In this document: piece after piece, positions 9,441 to 18,842 of the stretch
Position numbering within the stretch: position 1 is the stretch's first letter
Layout: each line of letters opens with the position of its first letter
Source: an uncultured Candidatus Saccharibacteria bacterium
GTDB lineage: Bacteria > Patescibacteriota > Dojkabacteria > SC72 > JAFGCJ01
Reading direction: 5' to 3'
Assembly (NCBI GenBank): GCA_964481345.1
Contig: CAYZTC010000001.1
Coordinates: 71,766-135,765 of the forward strand
DNA: 64,000 nt
Translations under genes and position numbers: made by a program
The notes under the pieces: model-generated
The model's input: only the letters and a program-made list of their open reading frames with translations
The model's database searches: none
Told to the model about the DNA's origin: nothing

Positions 9441-9661
9441 CCATGAAGTCCACGTACTTCATGGTCCATATCATAATAGTTCTTAATTTCACTACTATTC
9501 ATATTGCTTGCCTAATGACTTAGTAATTTAGAATTACTCAACCGTGCACTCAACGCAGTGCATGGGCATATTATAGTAAGATCTTATTTCACAACCTTTC
9601 ATATTGTCTAATTCCTTATATAAACAGGGTATTCTAACCATGAACCCCATGTGGTTCATGG
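9441..9661 (-). repeat. Tandem 100-bp modules: three 24-nt hairpins and two diverged copies of the GT2 5' end
   Basis: ATGs at 9402, 9502 and 9602 encode MKNSDIKSYYN, MNSSEIKNYYD and MKGCEIRSYYN; hairpins at 9441-9464, 9542-9565 and 9638-9661. Confidence 0.88.
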
Positions 9662-9662
9662 A

Positions 9663-11333
9663 TTATACTATACTAACAACGACTACAGGTTCCTTTCCAA
9701 TCTCTCTTCTTACAATGTTCGAAACAAGTTTAGTGAGCTTACCCTGAAGCTTAGGTATCTCTGGCCCAGATAATCTATGCGCCTTACCTCTATATGATTC
9801 ATATTTTTCAGAGAGGTAACTTTCAACCTTATCCCTCAATCTTCTATTATCAAAACCCATACACACTACCCTAGGCTTTCCTACCAAATGATTGGTATTT
9901 CCAACCTTTATTGATACAAAGAGTGCACCATACTGAGCAAGCCTTGCCCTTTCTTTAATCATTTCCTGATTCAACTCTCCAACCTTCCCTCCATCAACAT
10001 ATATCTCTTTTGTCTTATACTCATTTTCCTTGTACCATTTTTTAGACTTCGAAGAATAAGTAAACTGCTGTCCAGTAGATGCCATTATTATTCTAGATTT
10101 ATCCATTCCCCACTTTCCAAGTAAATAATTCATTTCCTCCCTGAAAGAAGGGTAGCCATGCACCGGAACTACATTTTTGGGTCGGACCAATTCATACATC
10201 TTCTTCATATCCTCCTGATATCCATGACCACTCGTATGCACATCCATGAAGGCTTTATGAAATAATCTTGCTCCAAGCCTTAATAAGTCATCTATGAGAT
10301 GCTGAACAGCAACATCATTACCCGGTATGACTGAGGAAGACAAAATAATCGTATCGCCCTTTTTCACTTTAATAGTCCTATGCTCTTTTCTTGAAATTCG
10401 GTCAAGTGCTGAATGTTCTTCACCTTGTGTTCCAGTAGCAAGTACCAACAGCTTGTTATCTTGATGTTTATTTATCGTTCTTTCATCAATAAAAAGGCTA
10501 TCTGGAACATCTATATAGTTTATTTTGCGAAGTATTGAAAGCATCGACTTCATACTTCTACCGCTCACCACTATCTTCTTCCCAAGCTTTTGGGCTATCT
10601 TTATCAAGGAGTAAAGGCGAGTACCCAGTGAAGAAAAAGTAGCAACAATTACCCTTCCTCTTGAACGCTTGATTATCTTCTCCAAATTTTTTGAAATTTC
10701 TGTCTCAGATAGTGCCTTTCCTTCCTCAAACACATTGGTGCTATCCATACACAAAAGATCAACTCCTTCATTGCCTATCCTTTTTAGTTCAGCATAATCC
10801 GTTACTGGCTCATTAACTGGCTGATCATCAAACTTATAGTCGCCAGTGTACATCACATTTCCACCCGGAGTTTTTACTAAAACCGAACAAGATTGTGGAA
10901 TAGCGTGTGTAACCGGTATCCACCTTACGGTCATTGACTTGATTTTAACGTCTTGCTTCGGCTCTATAACCTTTAAATCCACCTTTTTATGTAGATCGTA
11001 CTCTCTGAGCTTTTCCTTCAAAAACATTATTGTAAACTGCCTACCATAAATTGTAGGGAAGCCTAGTTCTTCTATTACATAAGGGATAGCCCCAATATGA
11101 TCTAAGTGTGCATGAGTCAGTACAATCCCTGCAATTTGATTTTTTCTCTTTCTTAAATAGTCAACATCTGGGATAAAGTAATCAATCCCATATCCTGCAT
11201 CATCTGGAAAACTAATTCCCAAATCAACTACCAAAATATCAGGTCCATACTCAACTACATAGCAATTTCTATTTATATGATCTACACCACCTAACGGCAT
11301 GAAGGATAACTTCTTTATATTCTTATTCTTCAT
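9663..11333 (-). CDS. rnj: Ribonuclease J
   Basis: PLGG, THAHLDHIG, TGDYKFD, TGTQGE, HTSGH, PVHG (metallo-beta-lactamase / beta-CASP). Confidence 0.95.
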   Translation of the reverse strand: MKNKNIKKLSFMPLGGVDHINRNCYVVEYGPDILVVDLGISFPDDAGYGIDYFIPDVDYLRKRKNQIAGIVLTHAHLDHIGAIPYVIEELGFPTIYGRQFTIMFLKEKLREYDLHKKVDLKVIEPKQDVKIKSMTVRWIPVTHAIPQSCSVLVKTPGGNVMYTGDYKFDDQPVNEPVTDYAELKRIGNEGVDLLCMDSTNVFEEGKALSETEISKNLEKIIKRSRGRVIVATFSSLGTRLYSLIKIAQKLGKKIVVSGRSMKSMLSILRKINYIDVPDSLFIDERTINKHQDNKLLVLATGTQGEEHSALDRISRKEHRTIKVKKGDTIILSSSVIPGNDVAVQHLIDDLLRLGARLFHKAFMDVHTSGHGYQEDMKKMYELVRPKNVVPVHGYPSFREEMNYLLGKWGMDKSRIIMASTGQQFTYSSKSKKWYKENEYKTKEIYVDGGKVGELNQEMIKERARLAQYGALFVSIKVGNTNHLVGKPRVVCMGFDNRRLRDKVESYLSEKYESYRGKAHRLSGPEIPKLQGKLTKLVSNIVRREIGKEPVVVVSIV

Positions 11334-11362
11334 TAATCCAAATAACTAATATTAACCATACA

Positions 11363-11433
11363 CTGTGAAGTCAACGTACTTCACGGCCACCAAGTGGCAT
11401 AAACGATAACTTCTTAACATTCTTATTCTTCAT
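11363..11433 (-). repeat. 100-bp module: diverged copy of the rnj 5' end plus 24-nt hairpin
   Basis: ATG at 11433 encodes MKNKNVKKLSFMPLGG versus rnj ATG at 11333 MKNKNIKKLSFMPLGG; hairpin ccgtgaagt-acgttg-acttcacag at 11386-11363. Confidence 0.92.
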
Positions 11434-11468
11434 GTTTATTAATAATTCTAATTAAACAATATTACTTA

Positions 11469-12143
11469 TCATTTCGGCAAAGCGCCAGCGTCGCCGAACA
11501 TCCCTACCTGATCATCGGTTTTTTCATCTTTCTTCAGCTGACCTTTCTCTTTAATAATATTCGAAACGACATCCTCAAGTGACATAGGCTCAATCTCACC
11601 GTCTAAAAATCTTCTAAGATTTTTGAAGTCCTCCAATAGTACTTCCCTCATCGAGCCCTTGTATAGCACAACCGCAGGATGGTACATAATAAAATATACC
11701 TTTCCATTCCTTCCATAAAGTTTTCCATGTTCTTTGGAAATTACAGCGCTAGGTAAAAACTTAGCTAAAGCATATCTACCTAGCGGGACAAACACTTTTG
11801 GGTCAATAATTTCAATCTGTTTATCAAGCCAGTCACGACAGGTTGCCATCTCATCTTCCCTAGGATCCCTATTCTCAGGCGGTCTGCATTTTATCATGTT
11901 GGCAATAAATACATCCTCTCTTTTTAATTCGATACTCTTTAACAGCTCATCCAAAAATTTACCGGCAGGTCCCACAAATGGACGACCAAGCCTATCCTCC
12001 ACTTTTCCCGGACCCTCACCAATAAACATTATCTCTGCTTTATCAGAACCTTCCCCAGGAACAACCTGAGTTGCACCAGCACGAAGCCTACACTTTTGAC
12101 AATCTTTACAAAGTGCATGCAATTCATCAATATTCATGACCAT
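11469..12143 (-). CDS. Uracil-DNA glycosylase family 4 (Fe-S)
   Basis: CxxCxL, GEGPG, PFVG, KCRPP, YHPA motifs. Confidence 0.93.
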   Translation of the reverse strand: MVMNIDELHALCKDCQKCRLRAGATQVVPGEGSDKAEIMFIGEGPGKVEDRLGRPFVGPAGKFLDELLKSIELKREDVFIANMIKCRPPENRDPREDEMATCRDWLDKQIEIIDPKVFVPLGRYALAKFLPSAVISKEHGKLYGRNGKVYFIMYHPAVVLYKGSMREVLLEDFKNLRRFLDGEIEPMSLEDVVSNIIKEKGQLKKDEKTDDQVGMFGDAGALPK

Positions 12144-12156
12144 ATTCTAATGTAAA

Positions 12157-12238
12157 TAATGAGTATTTCGTAATTCGTAGTTAGAAATTTTGCCAATACT
12201 ATTTCTATCCCTAATTACCAACTACGAACTACTAATTA
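12157..12238. repeat. Inverted arrays of 7-mer repeats (consensus near TARTTVG)
   Basis: taatgag-tatttcg-taattcg-tagttag ... ctaatta-ccaacta-cgaacta-ctaatta. Confidence 0.6.
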
Positions 12239-13402
12239 CTAGCTTAACGTCCCAGTACCTTCAGGAAGGTAATCCTTTACGTTTTCCATTGTTATTACTA
12301 CCTTAGTTGTCTTTCCTCCTACGATCTCTCTTGCAACACTCCTACAAAGAGAAGTAATATTCCTTTCAAGTTGCCTAATTCCAGCATCGAATCCCAACGG
12401 CCTTACAATCTGGGTCCAAACATTATCCTGAATCTCAATTTGAGCAGGACTTAAACCAGTTACAGTAAGAACCTTAGGAAGCAGATAATCTTTTGCGATT
12501 ACAATCTTCTCTTCGTCTGAATAACTTGTAAACCTTATAACCTCCAAACGATCCAACAAGGCCGCAGAGAGGGTACCAAGATTATTTGCTGTGCACACAA
12601 ACATTACATCTGACAGATCCACTGGATAATCAATATAATGGTCCACAAAAGTTGAATTTTGTTCTGGATCAAGTACCTCCAACAGCACTGCCATTGCATC
12701 TGCAAGAATTCCTTCTTTTGCACTTATCTTATCTATCTCATCCAAAAGAATAACCGGATTCATTGATTGAGTTCTAACTAAGGCTTTAATTATCTGCCCA
12801 GGTTCTGCATCTGGCATTGCTCTAGACTGTCCCCTTAACTGACTCACATTTCCCAATGCTCCTACTGACACTCGTATGAATTTCCTCCCAAGCGTCTGAG
12901 CAATAGACTTTGCCATTGTCGTTTTTCCTACTCCCTGCAAACCAACAAAACAAATAATCGGTGCGTGAGAGGAAGACCCCTCTATTTCAGAATTGTCATC
13001 AACGACAGTATTTGGTCCCATATCCACCGGGCCTTGCTGAACTCCTTGCCCCCCCTCAATATGCATTTTCATCACTGAAAGATAGTCCAACACAAGACTT
13101 TTCACTGAGTTCATACCATGATGATTTTTATCCATTACCTGCTTTGCTTTTTCAATGTCGATCTGATCTTGAGTCTTTTTACCCCATGGAACCTTTGTAA
13201 TCCAATCGATGTACTTACTAATTATTTCAAAATCAGCAGAGTAGCTACCATACTTTGCCATCCTTCTAAGACGACCTATCATCATCTCAGACTTACTCTT
13301 TAGCTCCTCAGGGATAGAACTTGAAGAAACCTTTTTAGAAAGGCTTTCTATTTCCTCTATAACCTCTCCCATATGCTGTGATTTTGGCAGTTGTTGATCC
13401 AT
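12239..13402 (-). CDS. Lon-type AAA+ ATPase module without N-terminal or protease domain
   Basis: GLQGVGKT, NPVILLDEIDK, LLEVLDPEQN..FVDHY, DRLEVI; ends just after the small helical subdomain. Confidence 0.85.
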   Translation of the reverse strand: MDQQLPKSQHMGEVIEEIESLSKKVSSSSIPEELKSKSEMMIGRLRRMAKYGSYSADFEIISKYIDWITKVPWGKKTQDQIDIEKAKQVMDKNHHGMNSVKSLVLDYLSVMKMHIEGGQGVQQGPVDMGPNTVVDDNSEIEGSSSHAPIICFVGLQGVGKTTMAKSIAQTLGRKFIRVSVGALGNVSQLRGQSRAMPDAEPGQIIKALVRTQSMNPVILLDEIDKISAKEGILADAMAVLLEVLDPEQNSTFVDHYIDYPVDLSDVMFVCTANNLGTLSAALLDRLEVIRFTSYSDEEKIVIAKDYLLPKVLTVTGLSPAQIEIQDNVWTQIVRPLGFDAGIRQLERNITSLCRSVAREIVGGKTTKVVITMENVKDYLPEGTGTLS

Positions 13403-13438
13403 CCTTCTTTATTATTTTGAACTCCCTCTTCGTGAGGA

Positions 13439-15580
13439 CTATTTATCATCCGAAGCCTTTGGCGTAGGATGAGCTTGCTTAATAGACATTTTAACACGGC
13501 CCTGTTCATCTATTCCAATAATCTTTACCTTTACTTCCTGTCCCTCTTTCACATATTGACGAGGATCTTTCACAAATTCATTTGCAAGTTCCGATACATG
13601 TACAAGACCCGAAATAGCAGGGCTTACATCTACAAATGCACCATACTCTGCGATCTTTGCAACGGTTCCTTTATAAACCTTTCCGACTTCTGCTTCCTCA
13701 GTAACACTTTTCACTCTTTCTAGGGCCATGCTTATCTTTTCATCATCCACTGACGAAACTATTACTCTTCCATCGTCCTTTATATCTATTTCTGTATCGG
13801 TATCTTCAATTATCTTTTTAATTACTTTTCCACCTGGACCTATTAAGTCTCCAATCTTACCTATTGGAATTTCTAACACCTCAATCTTTGGAGCATTCTT
13901 AGAAAGCTCCTTCCTCGGCTCTTTAATCACTTTCCCCATCTCATCGAGAAGAAACAACCTCGCTTTTTTAGCCTTTTCAAGTCCCTCCTCAAATACATTA
14001 ACTGGAAGTCCTTTTGCTTTATTGTCCATCTGAATGGCAGTAACTCCCTCTCTTGTACCCGCAACTTTAAAGTCCATATCTCCAAAGAAGTCCTCCCACT
14101 CAGCTATATCTGTCAGAATTACATGCTTGCTCATATCATCGTTTATTACAACTCCCATAGCTATCCCTGCAACAGCTGCCTTCAATGGAACACCTGCATC
14201 CATAAGAGACAGAGTTGATCCACATACAGCTGCCATTGAACTAGAACCCGCCTGGGACATTATTTCACTTACAACTCGAATGGTATATGGAAATTCGTTT
14301 TCATCTGGAAGTACTGGTATTAAAGATTTTTCAGCAAGGTCCCCATGTCCAACCTCTCTTCTTCCAGGATAGTAGTTATATCTTCCTGCCTCCCCCACGG
14401 TATAATCAGGTGCAGAGTAGTGATGCATATATGTTTTTGTATTTTCGCCTCTCATATCATCCGAAAGCTGTGCAAGTCGTCCAGAACCCAAGGTCGTAAC
14501 TGTAAGAGCCTGAGTATCTCCCCTTTGAAACAAGGCAGAACCATGAGTCTTTGGAAGATATCCAAGTTCCATATAAAGGGGCCTAACCTCATCTACCTTT
14601 CTTCCATCTGTTCTTTTCTCATCATCTATTAGCCATTCCCTTACGACCTTTTTTGCAACATAATCAAATGCTTCACTTATCTGACTTTTTGAATACTTAC
14701 CCTCATATTCAACAAACAATTTTTCCTTAAGTTCATTTCTCACACCGACCTTTTCACTCATGTCAGGTATAGCAAGAATCTCTGCAATCTCCTTCTTATG
14801 ATCTTTTTTAATCTCATCAATTAGTGGCTTTGGAGTAGTATATGATTCATACTCTGGCTTCACAATACTTCCAAACTTATCTTCATAGTTTTTAATGAAT
14901 TTCTCCTGAGCCTTAATAAACTCCTTTGACTCTTCAACACCATATTTCATAGACTCAATTAGGGTTTCCTCTGGAAGAATATGTGCATCTGCATCTATCA
15001 TAGTAATCACATCACCATCTGTACCCAAGACAAAGTTTAAATCTGTAACATTACCGTTTTCTTCAAGGCTTAAGTCCTTTGTTATGATCTGAACCTTATC
15101 ATCACTATACCCAACTCTCACACCAGCTACAGGTCCCTCAAAAGGAACATCCGAGATCATTAGTGCTGCAGATACAGCACTAAATCCAATTATCAAAGGA
15201 TCATACTGCGGATCATAGCTCAGTACCGTTAATACAATAGAGATGTTATTTCTGTAATCACTTGGAAACCTACATCTAATAGATCTATCCAGCATTCTTG
15301 CTGCAAGGGTAGCATCTGCAGACGGATGACCCTCTCTTTTCCTGAATCTCGAAGATGAAATTACACCACCTGCATATAATTTTTCAATATATTCAACATG
15401 TAGGGGAAAATAGTCGATACTTTCAGGTTTACCACCTACATCAACAGTTGCTAAAACAACAGTACCGCCCATTCTTCCTTCCACTGCAGCATTCGATCTT
15501 CTAGCAATCTTGTTTGTTGCAAGAGAGCACTCTACATCACCAAAATTAAACTTTTCAATTATTTCTTCAACCTTAGTCAT
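13439..15580 (-). CDS. pnp: Polyribonucleotide nucleotidyltransferase
   Basis: RREVGHG, GSSSMA, GDMDFKVAGT, KH (IGPGGK) and S1 domains. Confidence 0.97.
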   Translation of the reverse strand: MTKVEEIIEKFNFGDVECSLATNKIARRSNAAVEGRMGGTVVLATVDVGGKPESIDYFPLHVEYIEKLYAGGVISSSRFRKREGHPSADATLAARMLDRSIRCRFPSDYRNNISIVLTVLSYDPQYDPLIIGFSAVSAALMISDVPFEGPVAGVRVGYSDDKVQIITKDLSLEENGNVTDLNFVLGTDGDVITMIDADAHILPEETLIESMKYGVEESKEFIKAQEKFIKNYEDKFGSIVKPEYESYTTPKPLIDEIKKDHKKEIAEILAIPDMSEKVGVRNELKEKLFVEYEGKYSKSQISEAFDYVAKKVVREWLIDDEKRTDGRKVDEVRPLYMELGYLPKTHGSALFQRGDTQALTVTTLGSGRLAQLSDDMRGENTKTYMHHYSAPDYTVGEAGRYNYYPGRREVGHGDLAEKSLIPVLPDENEFPYTIRVVSEIMSQAGSSSMAAVCGSTLSLMDAGVPLKAAVAGIAMGVVINDDMSKHVILTDIAEWEDFFGDMDFKVAGTREGVTAIQMDNKAKGLPVNVFEEGLEKAKKARLFLLDEMGKVIKEPRKELSKNAPKIEVLEIPIGKIGDLIGPGGKVIKKIIEDTDTEIDIKDDGRVIVSSVDDEKISMALERVKSVTEEAEVGKVYKGTVAKIAEYGAFVDVSPAISGLVHVSELANEFVKDPRQYVKEGQEVKVKIIGIDEQGRVKMSIKQAHPTPKASDDK

Positions 15581-15664
15581 ATCAAAATGTAATTATTAAA
15601 TTTAGGCCTGACAAAAGAATAGTCATAAAACTGATCGGATTCTACAGGGAAAACGAAAATTTTG

Positions 15665-15934
15665 CTACTTTCGAATTTTCAGCTCTTTAATAAGCTTCTC
15701 GTGACGTTTTGAATCCTTTTGCTTTAAATACTCCAAAAGTCTTCTTCTTTTTCCAACCATCTTAAGTAATCCCCTTCTTGAATGACTATCTTTCTTATGC
15801 TTCTTAAGATGCTGACTTAATTTTTCTATCTGATCAGTCAATATCGCAATCTGAACCTCTGGAGATCCAGTATCCTTTTTATGGGCAGAATACTTTTCAA
15901 TTATTTTCTGTTTTTCTTCTTTACTTAGTGCCAT
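15665..15934 (-). CDS. rpsO: 30S ribosomal protein S15
   Basis: [29 protein letters not shown]; start moved to MALSKEEK. Confidence 0.97.
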   Translation of the reverse strand: MALSKEEKQKIIEKYSAHKKDTGSPEVQIAILTDQIEKLSQHLKKHKKDSHSRRGLLKMVGKRRRLLEYLKQKDSKRHEKLIKELKIRK

Positions 15935-15984
15935 TTTACTATTCCAATGTAACACACAAATATTAACCACGCAATACTAAAACG

Positions 15985-17253
15985 CTATTGTGTGGGACTT
16001 AAAGGAGGAGGAGTAACAAGTCCTTGATCCTGCAAAACCGGACTATTATGCACTGACTCGTGCTTGTTTGTCAACATATCTTTACTATCAGGCCTTTCAT
16101 TTGCATTCAATAAACTTACGGATAAGCCCTTTAATCTCGTCATAACAATATTTTCTATTTGTCCTACTTCAAGATTTCTTGAAATCGCCAAGGCCCTATA
16201 GTCATTCCCTGATGGTTTAAATTGAAACAACACATCCATTGCACTTACCTTATCCACATTTGACTCAAGCTCAATCCACACCTCCCCATTACTTACCTCA
16301 TAAAGGACAAAAGCTACATCAAAATCATCAGAAATATTAAAGGGAATATTTCCATCAAGCACAAAATCATGTCTTTTAATTCCTATTTTTGAAAAATCCT
16401 GATAATCAACCTTTGACCATGCAATACCATTTTCCTTATCTAATTTCACATTTTCCAAAACTTTCTGTAGCACTTTTATGAATCTTAAGTCTTTTTTGAA
16501 ATATATCTCTCTAAATGCATCCTTAATATCCGCCCCCATTTTAATAAGGGAGGTCATTACTTCAACAGTAGTGATCTTAAAATCTGACTTATTAAAAATC
16601 TGAAGCTCATCCAAAATCCCCATCAAAAGAAGAGAAATAATTTCATTTACGGATTTTGAGGAAAATTCACCACAAACTAAGTTATACACTATCTCACAAA
16701 CCGGAACTTCAGTACTAGTCAAGTTAATTTTTCCAAACCCCTTCGATACAATATTATTTATACAAATAATATTACCCCCATCAAACAGTTTCTTATTTTT
16801 TAAATATATATCGCCTAAGTGCTCAAGCTTCCTTGCACCAATAATTATCAAAAGGTCATAACTGCCACCCCCTGAATAAGAAACATTTTTGAAATCAAAT
16901 TCCTCACCAATCCCAGATGGCGTAATGTATAAATTGAATTTCCCGTTCTTGTCATCATATCTAACACTATCTACTGCACCGTTAGAATGATCTAAACTAA
17001 TCACATACCTAGTAGGTTTTAGCTCAGTATCATAGCTAACCACAAAATCCTTATATATCTTTTTAGGTCTCGTTTTAAGATACTTGTTTACACACAGATA
17101 AACCTTCTTACCTGAGTCTTTTAAATAAAGATATAACGCCGCACTAGCAAGATGATTATCAAATGTCGATCCGTTATTGACACATAACAGAATCCTATCG
17201 GACCTTTTGATTAAACTATGTGCTTTTTTGTATGTCTCCTTGGACACTGCCAT
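15985..17253 (-). CDS. DHH/NrnA-like protein with degenerate catalytic motifs
   Basis: NrnA-like layout and position after infB; CINNI where IDHH is expected. Confidence 0.6.
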   Translation of the reverse strand: MAVSKETYKKAHSLIKRSDRILLCVNNGSTFDNHLASAALYLYLKDSGKKVYLCVNKYLKTRPKKIYKDFVVSYDTELKPTRYVISLDHSNGAVDSVRYDDKNGKFNLYITPSGIGEEFDFKNVSYSGGGSYDLLIIIGARKLEHLGDIYLKNKKLFDGGNIICINNIVSKGFGKINLTSTEVPVCEIVYNLVCGEFSSKSVNEIISLLLMGILDELQIFNKSDFKITTVEVMTSLIKMGADIKDAFREIYFKKDLRFIKVLQKVLENVKLDKENGIAWSKVDYQDFSKIGIKRHDFVLDGNIPFNISDDFDVAFVLYEVSNGEVWIELESNVDKVSAMDVLFQFKPSGNDYRALAISRNLEVGQIENIVMTRLKGLSVSLLNANERPDSKDMLTNKHESVHNSPVLQDQGLVTPPPLSPTQ

Positions 17254-17300
17254 AACAACATAAACCTAATATTGAAACCGTGATTATTATATAATGGAGT

Positions 17301-18842
17301 TTAAACTTTTACAATCCTGTAGCATTCAACCTTATCTCCTTCCTCAAAATCACCCTTTTTACTTATTATAATGCCACACTCTATACCTTTTGCTGCTTTG
17401 TCTATCTTATCTTTGCCACACCTCATAGAAATAATTTTTGAGTCAGTAATGACGTCCTCTCCCCTGATTACTCTAAATCTCATGCCATTTTTGATTTCCC
17501 CACTATCTACTCTTGTACCAATAACTTTTTTACCATCTGAAAGTACAAACACCTGTTTCACCGTTCCAGTACCAACAATTTCTTCCTCCTCTTCTGGGGA
17601 CTGAAGAGATATACCTGCCTCCTCAAGTTCCTTTAGTAATTCATAAATCACCTTATATGTTCGAATTATTACCTTTTCTTTTTCCGCCAAATCTCTAGAT
17701 GCCCTATCTACACCTACTGAAAAACCTGCAATTATGGCCTTGGAGTCTTTTGCATACTCAATATCACTAACTGTAATATCACCAACTCCCGATTTAATAA
17801 CATTTATTAACTGTTCTTTTTTATTCATCTTATCAATCGATTTTAATACCGCCTCAAGAGATCCCTGAGAACATGACTTTACTAAGACATTTAATGACTG
17901 GTCCTCACTTTTTTCCTCTGAGTCACCAAGTAGCGCAGATAGTAAATCCTCTTCCGATTTTGGTTCTTCTTTTTCGACTATTGGTTTTTCTGGTACCGGT
18001 TGAAATAGCTTTGAGTAGTCACCCTTAGTGTTTTCTATACAATATATTTTATCACCAGCATTCAAAATCTCTGATAAGCCAAGCAGTTTCCCTCCGTACC
18101 CTGCTTTAATCTCACCCTGAGGGTTACCATTGGAATCAAGAAACCCTTTTATTTTATCTGATTTCCCAATCTCATAGCTTACATAACATCCCTTTTTAAA
18201 TGCCCCCGAAAGAACAATTACCGTCGTAACCATTCCCATGCTTTCATCCTTTGTTGATTCTAATACTACCCCATATCCACTAGTACCTTCTGGACAAGGT
18301 TTTTCATCAAGTCCGTTTACCTCAACGACAAGATTTATCATATTTAGTAGATCATCTATCCCTTTTCCTGTTTTTCCAGACACTTCTAGGCAAGGTACAT
18401 CCCCTCCCATTGATTCAACTGATATCCCCTCCACCGAAAGTTGCCTTTTTATTTTTTCAAGTTTTACTCCCTTGATATCAATTTTATTTAGTACAACGAT
18501 ACAATTCGTTTTGCTTTTTTTAATAATCTCAATCGATTCTTTTGTCTGAGGCTTCACCCCATCAGCAGCAGCCACAACTAAAAGGGCAATATCTGCAACC
18601 TCACCACCCCTCATCCTCATTAAATCAAAAGCCTCATGTCCTGGTGTATCAACAAAGGTAATATCTTTATCATTGTAATTAACTGAGTAAATGGAAATGC
18701 CTTGAGTAATACCACCAACCTCACTCTCTTGCACAGATGTTTTCCTTATCTTATCAAGTATAGTCGTTTTCCCATGATCGACATGTCCTAAAAAGGTAAC
18801 AACCGGTGGTCTATTTACTTTTGGATTTTTATCTTTTTTCAT
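17301..18842 (-). CDS. infB: Translation initiation factor IF-2 (short form)
   Basis: RPPVVTFLGHVDHGKTT, DTPGHEAF, NKID. Confidence 0.96.
   Translation of the reverse strand: MKKDKNPKVNRPPVVTFLGHVDHGKTTILDKIRKTSVQESEVGGITQGISIYSVNYNDKDITFVDTPGHEAFDLMRMRGGEVADIALLVVAAADGVKPQTKESIEIIKKSKTNCIVVLNKIDIKGVKLEKIKRQLSVEGISVESMGGDVPCLEVSGKTGKGIDDLLNMINLVVEVNGLDEKPCPEGTSGYGVVLESTKDESMGMVTTVIVLSGAFKKGCYVSYEIGKSDKIKGFLDSNGNPQGEIKAGYGGKLLGLSEILNAGDKIYCIENTKGDYSKLFQPVPEKPIVEKEEPKSEEDLLSALLGDSEEKSEDQSLNVLVKSCSQGSLEAVLKSIDKMNKKEQLINVIKSGVGDITVSDIEYAKDSKAIIAGFSVGVDRASRDLAEKEKVIIRTYKVIYELLKELEEAGISLQSPEEEEEIVGTGTVKQVFVLSDGKKVIGTRVDSGEIKNGMRFRVIRGEDVITDSKIISMRCGKDKIDKAAKGIECGIIISKKGDFEEGDKVECYRIVKV

Noticed and set aside
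9441-9661. CRISPR array (regularly spaced 24-nt palindromes)
   Set aside because: Repeat stems differ in sequence, the 72-77-nt spacers are similar to each other and to the adjacent gene start, and there are no cas genes.
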